From: an uncultured bacterium
Lineage (GTDB): Bacteria; Desulfobacterota_D; UBA1144; Nemesobacterales; UBA2774
Length of the DNA: 64,000 nucleotides
NCBI GenBank assembly: GCA_963825135.1
Contig: CAWGRW010000009.1
Coordinates: forward strand, 1,344,001-1,408,000
Direction: 5' to 3'
Position 1 is the stretch's first letter. Each line of letters begins with the position of its first letter. Positions 41,487 to 52,145 of the stretch are shown one piece after another. Made by a program: the position numbers and the translations under genes. The notes below the pieces were generated by a model. That model was given only the letters and a program-made list of their open reading frames with translations. It was not told the origin of the DNA and did no database searches.

Positions 41487-42617
41487 TCACTTCTTTTGGC
41501 GATTTGATTCAGCTATATATCCTTCGACCATGAACTCGTCCCCGAATTTTCTTATCCTCACCCTCTCTATAACTATCGAGTCTTCGATGCGGGAGAACCC
41601 GAGCCCGCCCACCATGCTTAAACCGTCGGCCCCTATCAGCCTGGGCGCGTAAAAAAATACGACCTTATCCACGATTCCGCTCCTGAGGGCCCCGGCCGCC
41701 GCAGCGCTCCCGCCCTCTATAAGTACGCTCGTAATCTCGTTCTTTCCGAGCTCCCTTGCGAGATCTCTCAGGTTGAGGAGCCCGTCCCTCTCGAATCCGA
41801 CCCCGATTATCCTGGCCCCTGCCGCTTCGAGCCTCTTTACCTTTGCCGGGTCCGGCTTTCTCCCGGTCGCTATTATGACGCTATCGTGGGCGGAGAATAT
41901 TTTCGATTTCACCGGGGTCCTGAGCCCCCTGTCGAGCACCACGGGCACGGGCTGCCTCCGGGCATTCTTGAGCAGCCTGACATCGAGTCTCGGGTCGTCC
42001 TTCAAAAGAGTCCCCGTCCCGACTAAAACGGCGTCGGCCAGGTTTCTCAGTCTATGGGCCAACTTTCTCTGCCTCTCGCTCCCTATCCATTTCGAGTCGC
42101 CCGTGCGGGTCGCAATCTTTCCGTCCATCGTGGCCGCGAGCTTGAGCGTGACAAACGGCAGGCCCGTCGTGATGTACTTGTTATAGGCCTCGTTTAATTC
42201 CCCGGCCCCGGCTTCGAGCACGCCCGTAGTCACGCGGATACCCGCGTCCTTGAGGGTTTTCACCCCTTTCCCGCTCACCTTCGGGTTCGGGTCGAGCGCA
42301 CCGACTATAACTTCCCTGATCCCCTTCCCGATTATCGCGTCCGCGCACGGCGGGGTCTTCTTCTCCTTATGACAGCACGGCTCGAGGGATACGTATAGAG
42401 TCGAGCCCCTGACGTCGTGCTTTTTCCTCTCCGCGTCCGTGAAAGCCTCGATCTCCGCGTGCGGGAGCCCGGCCATACTGTGATATCCCTTCCCTATGAC
42501 CTTGCCTTTTTTTACGAGGACCGCCCCCACGAGCGGGTTCGGGCTCGTCATGCCCTCCGCCCTTTTCGCGAGACGGATTGCGAGGGACATGTATTTTTCA
42601 TGCGTATCGTTTTTCAT
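41487..42617 (-). CDS. ribD: Riboflavin biosynthesis deaminase/reductase
   Basis: PNPLVGAV, HAE, LEPCCH...TPPC, LKLA.T.DGK, EGG. Confidence 0.95.
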   Translation of the reverse strand: MKNDTHEKYMSLAIRLAKRAEGMTSPNPLVGAVLVKKGKVIGKGYHSMAGLPHAEIEAFTDAERKKHDVRGSTLYVSLEPCCHKEKKTPPCADAIIGKGIREVIVGALDPNPKVSGKGVKTLKDAGIRVTTGVLEAGAGELNEAYNKYITTGLPFVTLKLAATMDGKIATRTGDSKWIGSERQRKLAHRLRNLADAVLVGTGTLLKDDPRLDVRLLKNARRQPVPVVLDRGLRTPVKSKIFSAHDSVIIATGRKPDPAKVKRLEAAGARIIGVGFERDGLLNLRDLARELGKNEITSVLIEGGSAAAAGALRSGIVDKVVFFYAPRLIGADGLSMVGGLGFSRIEDSIVIERVRIRKFGDEFMVEGYIAESNRQKK

Positions 42618-42667
42618 GGCTTTATGGGATTACTGTTTTTATCCATAGAGGGAGCTCCGTCGGCTTA

Positions 42668-44038
42668 TCAATGCACGCTCCCGTCCCCCTGATAGAAAAG
42701 GGCCTCGACGAATTCCTCAGCGTCGAATTCCCGGAGGTCGCTCAGGCTCTCACCGATCCCGATGTACCTGACCGGGATATTGAGCTCGTCGGCAATGGCC
42801 ACTATGACGCCTCCTTTGGCAGTGCCGTCGAGCTTCGTAAGCACTATGCCCGTAATATCGAGGGCTTCGTTGAACATCTTCGCCTGCTGTACAGCGTTCT
42901 GACCGGTGGTCGCGTCGAGCACGAGTAGGGTCTCGTGTGGCGCATGCTCTAGCTCCCGGGATACGACTCTCTTCATCTTTTTTATCTCTTCCATGAGGTT
43001 TTCCTTCGTGTGGAGCCTTCCCGCGGTGTCTATTATAAGGACGTCCGTCCCGCGCGCCTCCGCCGCTTTTACGGCGTCGAACGCGACCGAAGAAGGGTCC
43101 GCCCCGCTCTGCCCCCTTATTAGATCGGACCCTACGCGCTTTGACCAGATTTCGAGCTGCTCCGTGGCCGCCGCCCTGAACGTATCCCCCGCCGCGACCA
43201 TCACGCTCAGGTTCTCCTTCTTGAGCCTGTTCGCGAGCTTTCCTATCGTGGTCGTCTTTCCGACCCCGTTTACCCCGGCGATCATTATAACAAAGGGTTT
43301 CGCGCCGATGCTGAGCGGCTTCCCCTGTGCAGTTTTCAGGATCCTCAGTATCTCCTCCTTAAGCGCATCCGTGATGGCGTTTGCGTCCCGGAGCGATTTT
43401 TTCTGAATGGCCGCCCCTATCCTTTCCCTGAGCTTCATCGTCGTCCCGACCCCTATATCCGCCATAATGAGCGTTTCCTCGAAATCGTCCCACACGCCTT
43501 CGTCTATCTCACGCTTCGAGAGGACCTCGCCGAGCCTGCCGAAGAGCCCCGTATGGGTTTTGGACAGGCCCTTCCTCAACCTCGCGAAAAGCCCTTCCTT
43601 TGTTTCCTCAGGCTCTTCTACCTCAGCCGCTGCCTCTTCCGCTAAGGCGGGCGCCTCGGCTTCGGGCTCAGCCTCAGGCTCGGCGGTTTCTACGACTTCG
43701 ATTTCTTCAATTGTCGATGTTTCGGGAGCAGCCTTTTCGGGCTCTCTCGCCTGCCTTGTCTCCAGGTGTTCTGCCGGGGTTTCAAGGACTCTGGGAATCG
43801 CATCTCCTGCGGGCGGGGCTTTAAATACGTCGAGTTCCGGCGCGGCCAAAACCTTTTCAGTCTCTTTATATGCCGGTTTCCCGGGTTCCGGCTTTACGGC
43901 TTCTTTTTTCGGTCTCTCTTCGAAGAGGAATGCGATTGCGAGCGACAAGAGCAGGAGTATCAAAAAGATTACGCCTACCGCCGCCAGGTCCGAATACGGG
44001 CTCGGTATTGTATTCAGAAGTGATAAGATATCTCCCAT
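42668..44038 (-). CDS. ftsY: SRP receptor FtsY with N-terminal TM segment
   Basis: GVNGVGKTT, DTFRAAA, DTAGR, DATTGQN, TKLDGTAKGG. Confidence 0.95.
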   Translation of the reverse strand: MGDILSLLNTIPSPYSDLAAVGVIFLILLLLSLAIAFLFEERPKKEAVKPEPGKPAYKETEKVLAAPELDVFKAPPAGDAIPRVLETPAEHLETRQAREPEKAAPETSTIEEIEVVETAEPEAEPEAEAPALAEEAAAEVEEPEETKEGLFARLRKGLSKTHTGLFGRLGEVLSKREIDEGVWDDFEETLIMADIGVGTTMKLRERIGAAIQKKSLRDANAITDALKEEILRILKTAQGKPLSIGAKPFVIMIAGVNGVGKTTTIGKLANRLKKENLSVMVAAGDTFRAAATEQLEIWSKRVGSDLIRGQSGADPSSVAFDAVKAAEARGTDVLIIDTAGRLHTKENLMEEIKKMKRVVSRELEHAPHETLLVLDATTGQNAVQQAKMFNEALDITGIVLTKLDGTAKGGVIVAIADELNIPVRYIGIGESLSDLREFDAEEFVEALFYQGDGSVH

Positions 44039-44309
44039 TATATTTAAAGCCTCCTTGATAACGCCTTACTATAAGCAACCGGACATCGTTCGGAATAATA
44101 CGCCGTGATCAAAAGATATTTTTGCCGATTCTCTTTTTATGTTTTACGTTAATATACTTTTCAGGGAATTCTTTTCAATACACGGGCCTTTCCGCGTTCT
44201 TATTACGGGGCCGGAACGATGGATTTACTCCTCATGTAACCCGCATGAAACAAATGATGTTTTATAAACCCTTGAACTGCTCGAACCTTAATGGATATAC
44301 TAAAAACTG

Positions 44310-47300
44310 ATGTCTAAAGGTTTTGTCCATCTTCACCTCCACTCGCAATACTCACTGCTGGACGGCGCGATAAAGTTCGAAGACCTCTTCCCACTTGCCA
44401 AGGAATTCGGCATGGAAGCGGTCGCTCTCACCGACCACGGGAACCTCTTCGGCGCGTACGATTTTTATAAAAAGGCCAAGGAAGCGGGAATTAAGCCCAT
44501 TATAGGGTGCGAGCTTTACGTTACGGCCAAGATCAACCCCGATAACCCGTCCGAGGGCAAGACCCATCACCTGACTGTCTTGTCCATGAACTGGGCCGGT
44601 TATCAGAACCTTTCGAGACTAGTGACGAAGGCTTATTTCGACGGGTTTTACAGAAGGCCCAGGGTCGATCACGAGCTCCTCGGGACGCACAACGAAGGGC
44701 TTATCGTGTTAAGCGGATGCCTCAACAGCGAGCTCTCGAAGGCGATTTTCAGCAAGGACATGAAGGCTGCGCTCAACGTCGCCGCCATGTACAGGGAAAT
44801 ATTCGGCGACAGGTACTACCTTGAGGTCCAGGCAACGGGTCTGCCCGAGCAGAAGAGGGTCAATAAAAAAATCAGAGAGATAGGCGAAAAGCTGAACATA
44901 CCGATTGTGGCGACGAACGACTGCCATTTCCTGAGGCAAGAGGACTCGCGTCCCCATGACGCGCTCCTGTGCATACAGACGGGGTCGTCGCTCCAGGACG
45001 AGAACAGGTTCAAGTTTCAGGGAGACCAGTATTACCTCAAGTCCGAAGGCGAGATGATGAGGGACCTCGAGGGGTTCGAGGACGCGATCAAAAAGACTTC
45101 AGAGATCGCCGGGAGATGCAATTTCGAGTTCGAGAGGAACGGCTACAAGCTTCCCGTTTTCGAGCCCGAGGGAGGCAAAACGCTCGACGAATATCTGGCC
45201 GATCTCGCGAGGGAAAAGCTCGATGAAAGATTAACGGAAAACGCGATTCCCGACGAAAAGCGGGGACTGTACGAAGACAGACTCGAGACAGAGATCGAGA
45301 TTATTCAGAAGATGGGCTTCTCGGGATACTTTCTCGTCGTTGCGGACTTCATCAACTACGCAAAATCACACGGCATTCCGGTCGGCCCCGGCAGGGGCAG
45401 CGCCGCGGGGAGCCTGGCCGCTTACGCGCTCGGCATCACAGAGATAGACCCCATACCCTATAACCTCATCTTCGAGAGGTTTCTCAACCCCGAGCGTATC
45501 AGCATGCCTGACATAGACATAGACTTCTGCGCCGAGGGGAGGGACGAGGTAATCAGGTACGTAACCGAAAAATACGGCGCCGACAAAGTCGCCCAGATAG
45601 GCACGTTCGGGACCATGTCGGCAAAGGCCGTGGTCAAGGACGTGGGCAGGGTGCTCGGTATACCATACGCGGATGTCGACCGGGTGACGAAATTAATCCC
45701 GTCCTTCAGGGGCAAGGTCTTCAGCATAGACAAGGCTATGGAGAGCGTGTCCGAATTAAGAAAGCTCATCGAGGACTCCCCGCAGCTAAAGGAGATGATA
45801 GAGCTCGCGAAGCCCCTCGAGGACATGGTCAGGCACTCCTCGACCCACGCTGCGGGGATCGTAATCGCGAACGAGCCCCTCGCCGATCACATACCGCTCT
45901 GTAAAGGCTCGAAGAACGAGGTCGTAACCCAGTTCGATATGAATTCCATTGAAGAGCTCGGGTTCGTGAAGTTCGATTTCCTCGGTCTTAAGACCCTCAC
46001 GGTCATAAGCAAGGCCCTCGATCTGATAAAAGAGAACTACGGGAACGGAGACGAAGTCAGGCTCAACATCAACAAGATACCGCTTGACGACAAGGCGGTC
46101 TACGCCCTTCTATCTACCGGGAGGACCCGCGGGATCTTCCAGATTGAGTCCTCGGGCATGAAAGAGCTCATGATTAATCTCCAGCCCACGGCGTTCGAAG
46201 ACATAATCGCCGTGCTCGCCCTCTACAGGCCGGGACCGCTCGACAGCGGCATGGTCGACGAGTACATAGAGCGCAAGCACGGGAAGAGAAAGACCCAGTA
46301 CCCGCTGCCCGAGCTTGAGGACATCCTGCGCGACACGTACGGGCTCTTCGTTTACCAGGAGCAGATAATGAGCACCGCCAGCGTCGTGGCGGAGTACAGC
46401 CTCGGCGAAGCGGACCTCCTCAGGCGCGCCATGGGGAAGAAAAAGCCCGAAGAGATGAAGGCCCAGAGGGAAAGGTTCCTCGAGGGCGCGAAGAGAAAAG
46501 GGATAAAGGACAAAAAGGCCAAAGAGATATTCGACGCGATGGAGAAGTTCGCCGAATACTCCTTTAACAAGAGCCACAGCGCGGCCTATGCGCTCATCAC
46601 ATACCAGACCGCGTATCTTAAGACCCATTACCCGGCCGAATTCATGGCAGCGCTCATGTCCGTGGAATCGAGCAATACGGATAAAGTCATATCGAGCATC
46701 ACCGAATGCAAGCAGATGGGCATACCGGTGCTCGCGCCCGATGTGAACGTGAGTCTGGCGGGCTTCACCGCTTACAACGGCAGCATCCGGTTCGGCCTTG
46801 CGGCTATAAAGAACGTGGGCGAGGGGACCGTAGAGGCGATAATTAAAACCAGACGGGAGAAAGGGAACTTCTTATCGATATACGATTTTTGCGAGCGCGT
46901 CGAGGCCAGAAAACTCAACAGAAGGACGTTCGAGAGCCTCATAAAGAGCGGCGCTTTCGACTCTTTCTCTGTGGGCAGGGCGAAGCTCATAGATTCCCTC
47001 GACACCCTTCTCAACTACACGTCCTTAAAACAGAAGAGCTCTGTCGAGGGGCAGCACTCCCTCTTTGCTTTAAACGATTCGATTTCCCTCCCCAGGCTTT
47101 CCGAAGCCGAGGAATGGGGCGAAAAAGAGATGCTGAGGTTCGAGATGGAGGTCCTGGGATTCTACGTTACGAGCCATCCGATGTCGAAATACGCGTCTGA
47201 AATATCGAGGTCGACGGAAAACACCGATACGGAGGCCCTGGCCGAGCTCAAGGAAAGGCGCGACGTCTCGGTCGTGGGGGTCGTGCGCTCGCTCACGGTC

Positions 47301-47750
47301 AAACACACCAAAAACGGCTCCGGCATATTCGGCAACATGGTGCTTGAGGATTTAAAGGGCTCGATCGAGGTCGTGATCTTCAATGACCTTCTCAGGAAAT
47401 CGCTCACGCTGCTCGAGGATAAGGTAGATCCCGTGGTCGTTAAGGGGGTGCTTGAGCCCGGAGAGGACAGGGTCAAGATGAGGGCTACGGAGATTCTGCC
47501 CTTAAAGGCGCTGCGGAACGGCTCCACGGTGCACATCAGTCTCGCCGGGGAAAAGTCCGGAAGGGATAACTTCATTCATCTGAGAGAGATATTTTCCAGC
47601 TACCCGGGTGACTCGCTCGTACACATACACATAGCGACCGATGACGGCGAGGCGGTGATAGAGGTCGGCGACGCCAGGGTGGATGTGCGGGACGACTTTA
47701 TTCACGACGTCGAGCGGCTCTTGGGAGGGAATTGCCTGAGGCTTCTCTGA
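44310..47750 (+). CDS. dnaE: DNA polymerase III alpha subunit
   Basis: PHP HLHLHSQYSLLDG, GPGRGSAAGS, PDIDIDF, FNKSHS, C-terminal OB fold. Confidence 0.97.
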   Translation: MSKGFVHLHLHSQYSLLDGAIKFEDLFPLAKEFGMEAVALTDHGNLFGAYDFYKKAKEAGIKPIIGCELYVTAKINPDNPSEGKTHHLTVLSMNWAGYQNLSRLVTKAYFDGFYRRPRVDHELLGTHNEGLIVLSGCLNSELSKAIFSKDMKAALNVAAMYREIFGDRYYLEVQATGLPEQKRVNKKIREIGEKLNIPIVATNDCHFLRQEDSRPHDALLCIQTGSSLQDENRFKFQGDQYYLKSEGEMMRDLEGFEDAIKKTSEIAGRCNFEFERNGYKLPVFEPEGGKTLDEYLADLAREKLDERLTENAIPDEKRGLYEDRLETEIEIIQKMGFSGYFLVVADFINYAKSHGIPVGPGRGSAAGSLAAYALGITEIDPIPYNLIFERFLNPERISMPDIDIDFCAEGRDEVIRYVTEKYGADKVAQIGTFGTMSAKAVVKDVGRVLGIPYADVDRVTKLIPSFRGKVFSIDKAMESVSELRKLIEDSPQLKEMIELAKPLEDMVRHSSTHAAGIVIANEPLADHIPLCKGSKNEVVTQFDMNSIEELGFVKFDFLGLKTLTVISKALDLIKENYGNGDEVRLNINKIPLDDKAVYALLSTGRTRGIFQIESSGMKELMINLQPTAFEDIIAVLALYRPGPLDSGMVDEYIERKHGKRKTQYPLPELEDILRDTYGLFVYQEQIMSTASVVAEYSLGEADLLRRAMGKKKPEEMKAQRERFLEGAKRKGIKDKKAKEIFDAMEKFAEYSFNKSHSAAYALITYQTAYLKTHYPAEFMAALMSVESSNTDKVISSITECKQMGIPVLAPDVNVSLAGFTAYNGSIRFGLAAIKNVGEGTVEAIIKTRREKGNFLSIYDFCERVEARKLNRRTFESLIKSGAFDSFSVGRAKLIDSLDTLLNYTSLKQKSSVEGQHSLFALNDSISLPRLSEAEEWGEKEMLRFEMEVLGFYVTSHPMSKYASEISRSTENTDTEALAELKERRDVSVVGVVRSLTVKHTKNGSGIFGNMVLEDLKGSIEVVIFNDLLRKSLTLLEDKVDPVVVKGVLEPGEDRVKMRATEILPLKALRNGSTVHISLAGEKSGRDNFIHLREIFSSYPGDSLVHIHIATDDGEAVIEVGDARVDVRDDFIHDVERLLGGNCLRLL

Positions 47751-47753
47751 CGC

Positions 47754-48056
47754 TCAGTCTCCCTGCGTGCTTTCGATTGTCCCTTTAAGGCCATCGGGGT
47801 CGCTCGTAACCACGAAGACCTCCTGTACGGACGTCCCGCTCCTCGCTATCAGCTTTGCCCCGCTCACCGTGCTGTATTTGTAGCGGACGACGAGGTTTTC
47901 TCCGGGTTTTTTCCCGACCTTGATCTCTCCCGGTATTATCGAATCTACGTGAGCAAGCGGCGAAATATGCGTTTCGAGAAAGCTCCCGAGCCCCTTTATA
48001 ATGCTGTGCTGGCGCTTTATTTTATTCTTCCTGTGCTTCATTGAACCTTTAGGCAT
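47754..48056 (-). CDS. DUF2103 family protein
   Basis: K..HS.I.GL...L...IIPG.I...G.KLIARSGTSVQEVFVVT. Confidence 0.7.
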   Translation of the reverse strand: MPKGSMKHRKNKIKRQHSIIKGLGSFLETHISPLAHVDSIIPGEIKVGKKPGENLVVRYKYSTVSGAKLIARSGTSVQEVFVVTSDPDGLKGTIESTQGD

Positions 48057-48151
48057 GGCGGCGTCTCATCGGCAAGTCGTGCCTGAATATACTATGTTCG
48101 ACTTACCGTTTCTTTGTCCCTATAATACACGTAATTCCGGTATAACTCTTT

Positions 48152-49624
48152 ATGATGCGAAAATTAAACGAGCTCGAGTTCGATAACACGTACAGAAGGC
48201 TGCCCGGGGATTTTTACGACCTCGTGCGCCCGACCCCTTTCGGGAACCCTCACCTCGTCGCTTTTAACCCGGACGCAGCAGGGCTCATAGGGCTTGACCC
48301 GGACGAGGCCCATAACCCCGATCTCGTAGAGTACTTTTCCGGCAGGAGGCTCCTTCCCGGCTCCGAACCCGTCGCGATGTATTACACTGGGCATCAGTTC
48401 GGTGTTTACAACCCGCATATAGGGGACGGGCGGGCTATTCTCCTGGGCGAGGTCAGGAACGGGCTGGGGCGGAAATACGACCTCCATCTCAAAGGAGCGG
48501 GGCGCACGAAATACGCGCGCACCTTCGACGGCAGGGCCGTGCTGAGATCGGCCGTCAGGGAGTACCTCTCAAGCGAGGCGATGCACGGGCTCGGGATTCC
48601 GACGACACGCGCCCTCTCGATTATCGGGAGCGACGAGATAGTCGAGCGCGAAACCCCGGAGAGAGGGGCGATGATGGTCAGGCTCGCCGAAACCCACGTG
48701 CGCTTCGGGTCGTTCGAGGCTTTCCACTACACGGACAGGCCCGATTACGTGAAGCTCATCTCCGACTACGTGATAGAAAACCATATGCCTCACCTCACGG
48801 AGGCCGACGATAAATACGGAGCGTTTCTCGAAGAGGTCGCGGCAAGGACCGCGAAGCTCATCGCCCTCTGGCAGGCCTCAGGATTTACGCACGGCGTAAT
48901 GAATACGGATAATATGTCCATAATCGGGCTCACGATAGATTACGGCCCTTACGGATTCATCGAAGAGTACGATCCCGAATACATTCCGAACCACTCTGAC
49001 CATTTCGGCAGATATTCATATGTCAACCAGCCCCCCATAGCGCTCTGGAACCTCCGGAAGCTCGCCTTCTCCCTCGGCAGCCTCGTGTCCTCCGAAAGCT
49101 CGGAGGAGATTGTCTCCGGGTGGAGGGATGCATACGCAAAATTCTATACGGACATCATGAGGAGGAAGCTCGGTTTGATGGAGAACCTCCCGGGCGACGG
49201 TGCGCTCATACGCGACCTCCTCGAACTCATGAGTGAAAGCAGGGTGGATTACACGACTTTCTTCAGGCGTCTCGGTAATTTTTCGACCGCAGGGCAGGGC
49301 GGGAATAACGACGCTTCTCCATTATTCGCTGAAGTGTCGAAATTCGGCGAGTGGTCGGATCGGTACGGGAAGCGTTTGAGGACGGAAAATAGCGCGGACC
49401 CGGCCAGAAAAGCCGGAATGGATTCCGTCAATCCGAAATACATACTCCGTAACTACATAGCAGAGGGAGCCGTCAGGAAAGCTGTCGATGAGGACGACTA
49501 TTCCGAGATAGAGCGCGTTCGCACGCTTCTTAAAAATCCCTTCTTGGAGCAGCCGAGATCGGAGCACTACGCGGCGCCCGCTCCCCCATGGGCGCGGAAC
49601 CTCGTCATAAGCTGCTCGTCCTAG
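48152..49624 (+). CDS. selO: Protein adenylyltransferase SelO/YdiU
   Basis: Y.GHQFG, GDGRA, KGAG.T, DGRAVLRS, HGVMNTDN, DYGP, NPKY.LRNY, C-terminal CSS. Confidence 0.93.
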   Translation: MMRKLNELEFDNTYRRLPGDFYDLVRPTPFGNPHLVAFNPDAAGLIGLDPDEAHNPDLVEYFSGRRLLPGSEPVAMYYTGHQFGVYNPHIGDGRAILLGEVRNGLGRKYDLHLKGAGRTKYARTFDGRAVLRSAVREYLSSEAMHGLGIPTTRALSIIGSDEIVERETPERGAMMVRLAETHVRFGSFEAFHYTDRPDYVKLISDYVIENHMPHLTEADDKYGAFLEEVAARTAKLIALWQASGFTHGVMNTDNMSIIGLTIDYGPYGFIEEYDPEYIPNHSDHFGRYSYVNQPPIALWNLRKLAFSLGSLVSSESSEEIVSGWRDAYAKFYTDIMRRKLGLMENLPGDGALIRDLLELMSESRVDYTTFFRRLGNFSTAGQGGNNDASPLFAEVSKFGEWSDRYGKRLRTENSADPARKAGMDSVNPKYILRNYIAEGAVRKAVDEDDYSEIERVRTLLKNPFLEQPRSEHYAAPAPPWARNLVISCSS

Positions 49625-49661
49625 TTTCCGGGACCGGCCCCGCTGCGGTATTCCCCGCGCG

Positions 49662-51848
49662 TCACCCTTCGAGATAGCTCGCGATAATTTTTTTTATACC
49701 GTACCCCGGAAAGGATACCGTAACCTTGGCTTCGTCCCCTGTCCCCTCTATACCCTTTATGGTCCCGTGCCCGAACGACGGGTGCTCTATCCTCTGCCCC
49801 ACCCTGTACCTGCTTCCGTTCCCGGCGCGCCTGCTCTGTCCGGGTTGTTCCGCACGGTCTCTTTTTTCCGCCGGATAATTGCGCTCTCTCTGCGCGGGCT
49901 CGTAATCCCTCGCCGCCGGCTCCCCGTATGAAACGCCGAAATAGTTCTTCCATTCGATGAGCTCTTTCGGTATATCCGTTATAAATCTCGACGGCGCCGA
50001 CCTCTCCTCTTTGCCGAACACCCTCCTTTTCACGGCGCTCGTGAGGTGTATCTTCTCCTTCGCCCTCGTCAGGCCCACGTAAAAGAGCCTCCTCTCTTCC
50101 TCGATATGCCCCTCTTTCGCGGAATTGAAATGCGGAATCAGGTTCTCTTCGAGCCCTATGATAAACGTCATCGGGAACTCGAGCCCCTTCGCCGAGTGGA
50201 GCGTCATGAGCGCGACCCTGTCGTCCTTTTCGTTGTAGCTGTCGACGTCGCTTGAGAGCGAGACCGAATCGAGAAAATCGGCGAGCGTGGCCCTCTCCGC
50301 CTCTTTCTCGAACTCAGCCGCGAGGTTCAGTATCTCTCCCACGTTTTCCCTCTTCTCCTCCTCCCTCTCCAGTATGTCGAGGTATCTGGTCTCCTGGAGC
50401 ACGAGGTCGAGGAGCTTCCCTATTTCGTACTTTTCGGCGTACCCGATCAGCCTGTCCGTCAGGTCGAGGAATTTCCCGAGGCTGAGCGCCGCCCTCGGGG
50501 GCAGGATATTCTCGTTCACCGCCAGGCGCATCGCGCCCAGGAGCGAGACGCCCCGGTCCTTCGAAAGCTCCTCCATCCTGTCTATCGTCCCCCTTCCGAT
50601 CCCTCGCGGAGGCACGTTCGCGATGCGGCGGAGGCTGAGATCGTCGAGTGGGTTAGCGATTACCCTCAGGTATGCGAGGATGTCTTTTATCTCCGCCCGC
50701 TGGTAAAACCCCGTCCCGCCAACAATCGCGTAGGGGATGCCTTTTCTGACGAGCTCCTCCTCCATTACCCTCGACTGGTTGTTGGTCCTGTAGAATACGG
50801 CCGCGTCTTTGTATGAGCATGAGCGCGACAACATCCCGGACTCGATCTGCGACACCACGTACCTCGCCTCGTCCCTTTCGTCGTGAGCGACATAGTAGCT
50901 GAGCTTCTCCCCCTCCGGGTTCTCTGTCCAGAGGTTCTTGTCGTGCCTGTTCGAGTTCTTCAGGATGAGACCGTTTGCGGCGCCGAGTATGTTCCCGGTC
51001 GACCTGTAGTTCTTCTCCATCTTGACGATCCTGGCGTCCGGGTAATCCCTTTCGAAATTGAGTATGTTCGCGATGTCCGCTCCCCGCCAGCCGTAGATCG
51101 ACTGGTTGTCGTCCCCGACCACGAATATGTTCCTGTGCTTCCTCGAAAGGAGCTCGACGATCCTGTACTGCATATGGTTCGTATCCTGGTATTCGTCGAC
51201 GAGTATGTGGCGGAACGCCTCCTGGTAATGGCGCAGGACGTCCGTCCGTTCCTTGAAGAGCCCGACGGTGACGTAGAGCAGGTCACCGAAATCGAGCGCG
51301 TTTAACCTCCTGAGCTCCTGCTCGTAGAGCTCGTAGATCTTGGCGACCTTTTCGTCGTAAATGTCCCCGCGGATCTCCCCGGGATTGAGTCCCTTGTTCT
51401 TCGCGCCGTCTATCTTGCCCCTTACGGACCTGGGCTCGATCTCCTTCTCCCCGATGTTGAGCCGCTCCATGCACTGCTTGATGAGCTTTATCTGGTCCCC
51501 GTCGTCGTAGATGACGAAGTCCTGCCTGAACCCCTTCATGTGGTGTATTTCACGCTTGAGCACTCTAAGGCATATGGAATGGAACGTGCCCAGCCAGAGG
51601 CTCCTCGTGGCGGGGCCTATAAGCCGGTTGAGCCTCTCTTTCATCTCGTTTGCGGCTTTGTTCGTGAAAGTGACCGCCAGTATATTGGCGGGGTGTTCGC
51701 CCTTCTCCTTTATAAGGTGAGCGATCCTCTCCGTGATGATCCTCGTTTTCCCGGACCCCGCCCCTGCCAGAACGAGGAGCGGTCCTCCGGGGTGCCTTAC
51801 GGCTTCAGCCTGGGACGGATTTAGGTTGTCGGTATTGCCTGATGTCAT
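49662..51848 (-). CDS. pcrA: ATP-dependent DNA helicase PcrA/UvrD
   Basis: AGAGSGKT, FTNKAA, VDEYQDTN, NYRS, TLHSAKGLEF, EERRLFYV; C-terminal Tudor-like domain. Confidence 0.93.
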   Translation of the reverse strand: MTSGNTDNLNPSQAEAVRHPGGPLLVLAGAGSGKTRIITERIAHLIKEKGEHPANILAVTFTNKAANEMKERLNRLIGPATRSLWLGTFHSICLRVLKREIHHMKGFRQDFVIYDDGDQIKLIKQCMERLNIGEKEIEPRSVRGKIDGAKNKGLNPGEIRGDIYDEKVAKIYELYEQELRRLNALDFGDLLYVTVGLFKERTDVLRHYQEAFRHILVDEYQDTNHMQYRIVELLSRKHRNIFVVGDDNQSIYGWRGADIANILNFERDYPDARIVKMEKNYRSTGNILGAANGLILKNSNRHDKNLWTENPEGEKLSYYVAHDERDEARYVVSQIESGMLSRSCSYKDAAVFYRTNNQSRVMEEELVRKGIPYAIVGGTGFYQRAEIKDILAYLRVIANPLDDLSLRRIANVPPRGIGRGTIDRMEELSKDRGVSLLGAMRLAVNENILPPRAALSLGKFLDLTDRLIGYAEKYEIGKLLDLVLQETRYLDILEREEEKRENVGEILNLAAEFEKEAERATLADFLDSVSLSSDVDSYNEKDDRVALMTLHSAKGLEFPMTFIIGLEENLIPHFNSAKEGHIEEERRLFYVGLTRAKEKIHLTSAVKRRVFGKEERSAPSRFITDIPKELIEWKNYFGVSYGEPAARDYEPAQRERNYPAEKRDRAEQPGQSRRAGNGSRYRVGQRIEHPSFGHGTIKGIEGTGDEAKVTVSFPGYGIKKIIASYLEG

Positions 51849-51894
51849 ATGAGTTCACGAATGAAATTAAGGCAGGGAACAGCTCCGCTGTCAC

Positions 51895-51968
51895 TGGCTG
51901 GGGCGGGTGGACTCGAACCACCACAGCAGGCTCCAAAGGCCTGAGTCCTACCGTTAGACGACGCCCCA
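51895..51968 (-). tRNA. tRNA-Gln(TTG)
   Basis: Minus strand reads TGGGGCG...CAGGC-CT-TTG-GA-GCCTG...GGTTCGAGTCC...CGCCCCA-GCCA; CCA encoded. Confidence 0.95.
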
Positions 51969-51981
51969 ACTGCTACCCGTA

Positions 51982-52010
51982 ATGTTACCAAGACTTGGCT
52001 GTTATATCAA
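51982..52010 (-). promoter_or_regulatory. Sigma70 promoter of tRNA-Gln (possibly also pcrA)
   Basis: TTGATA, 17-nt spacer, TAACAT with extended TG on the minus strand. Confidence 0.65.
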
Positions 52011-52145
52011 TTAAATAGACCCTGTCCGAGCCTCCCGGGCGGCACGCGTTCGTGATTATTGCGATTGAGACTGCAAATACTGTTTTTAACCGGGAGCGTC
52101 GTCGAGAATAATGAGTGGACTTGATAGCCGGCATCCCCTAGAATA

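Noticed and set aside
49610..49624. Selenocysteine readthrough in SelO
   Set aside because: The gene ends C-S-S-TAG with no in-frame TGA
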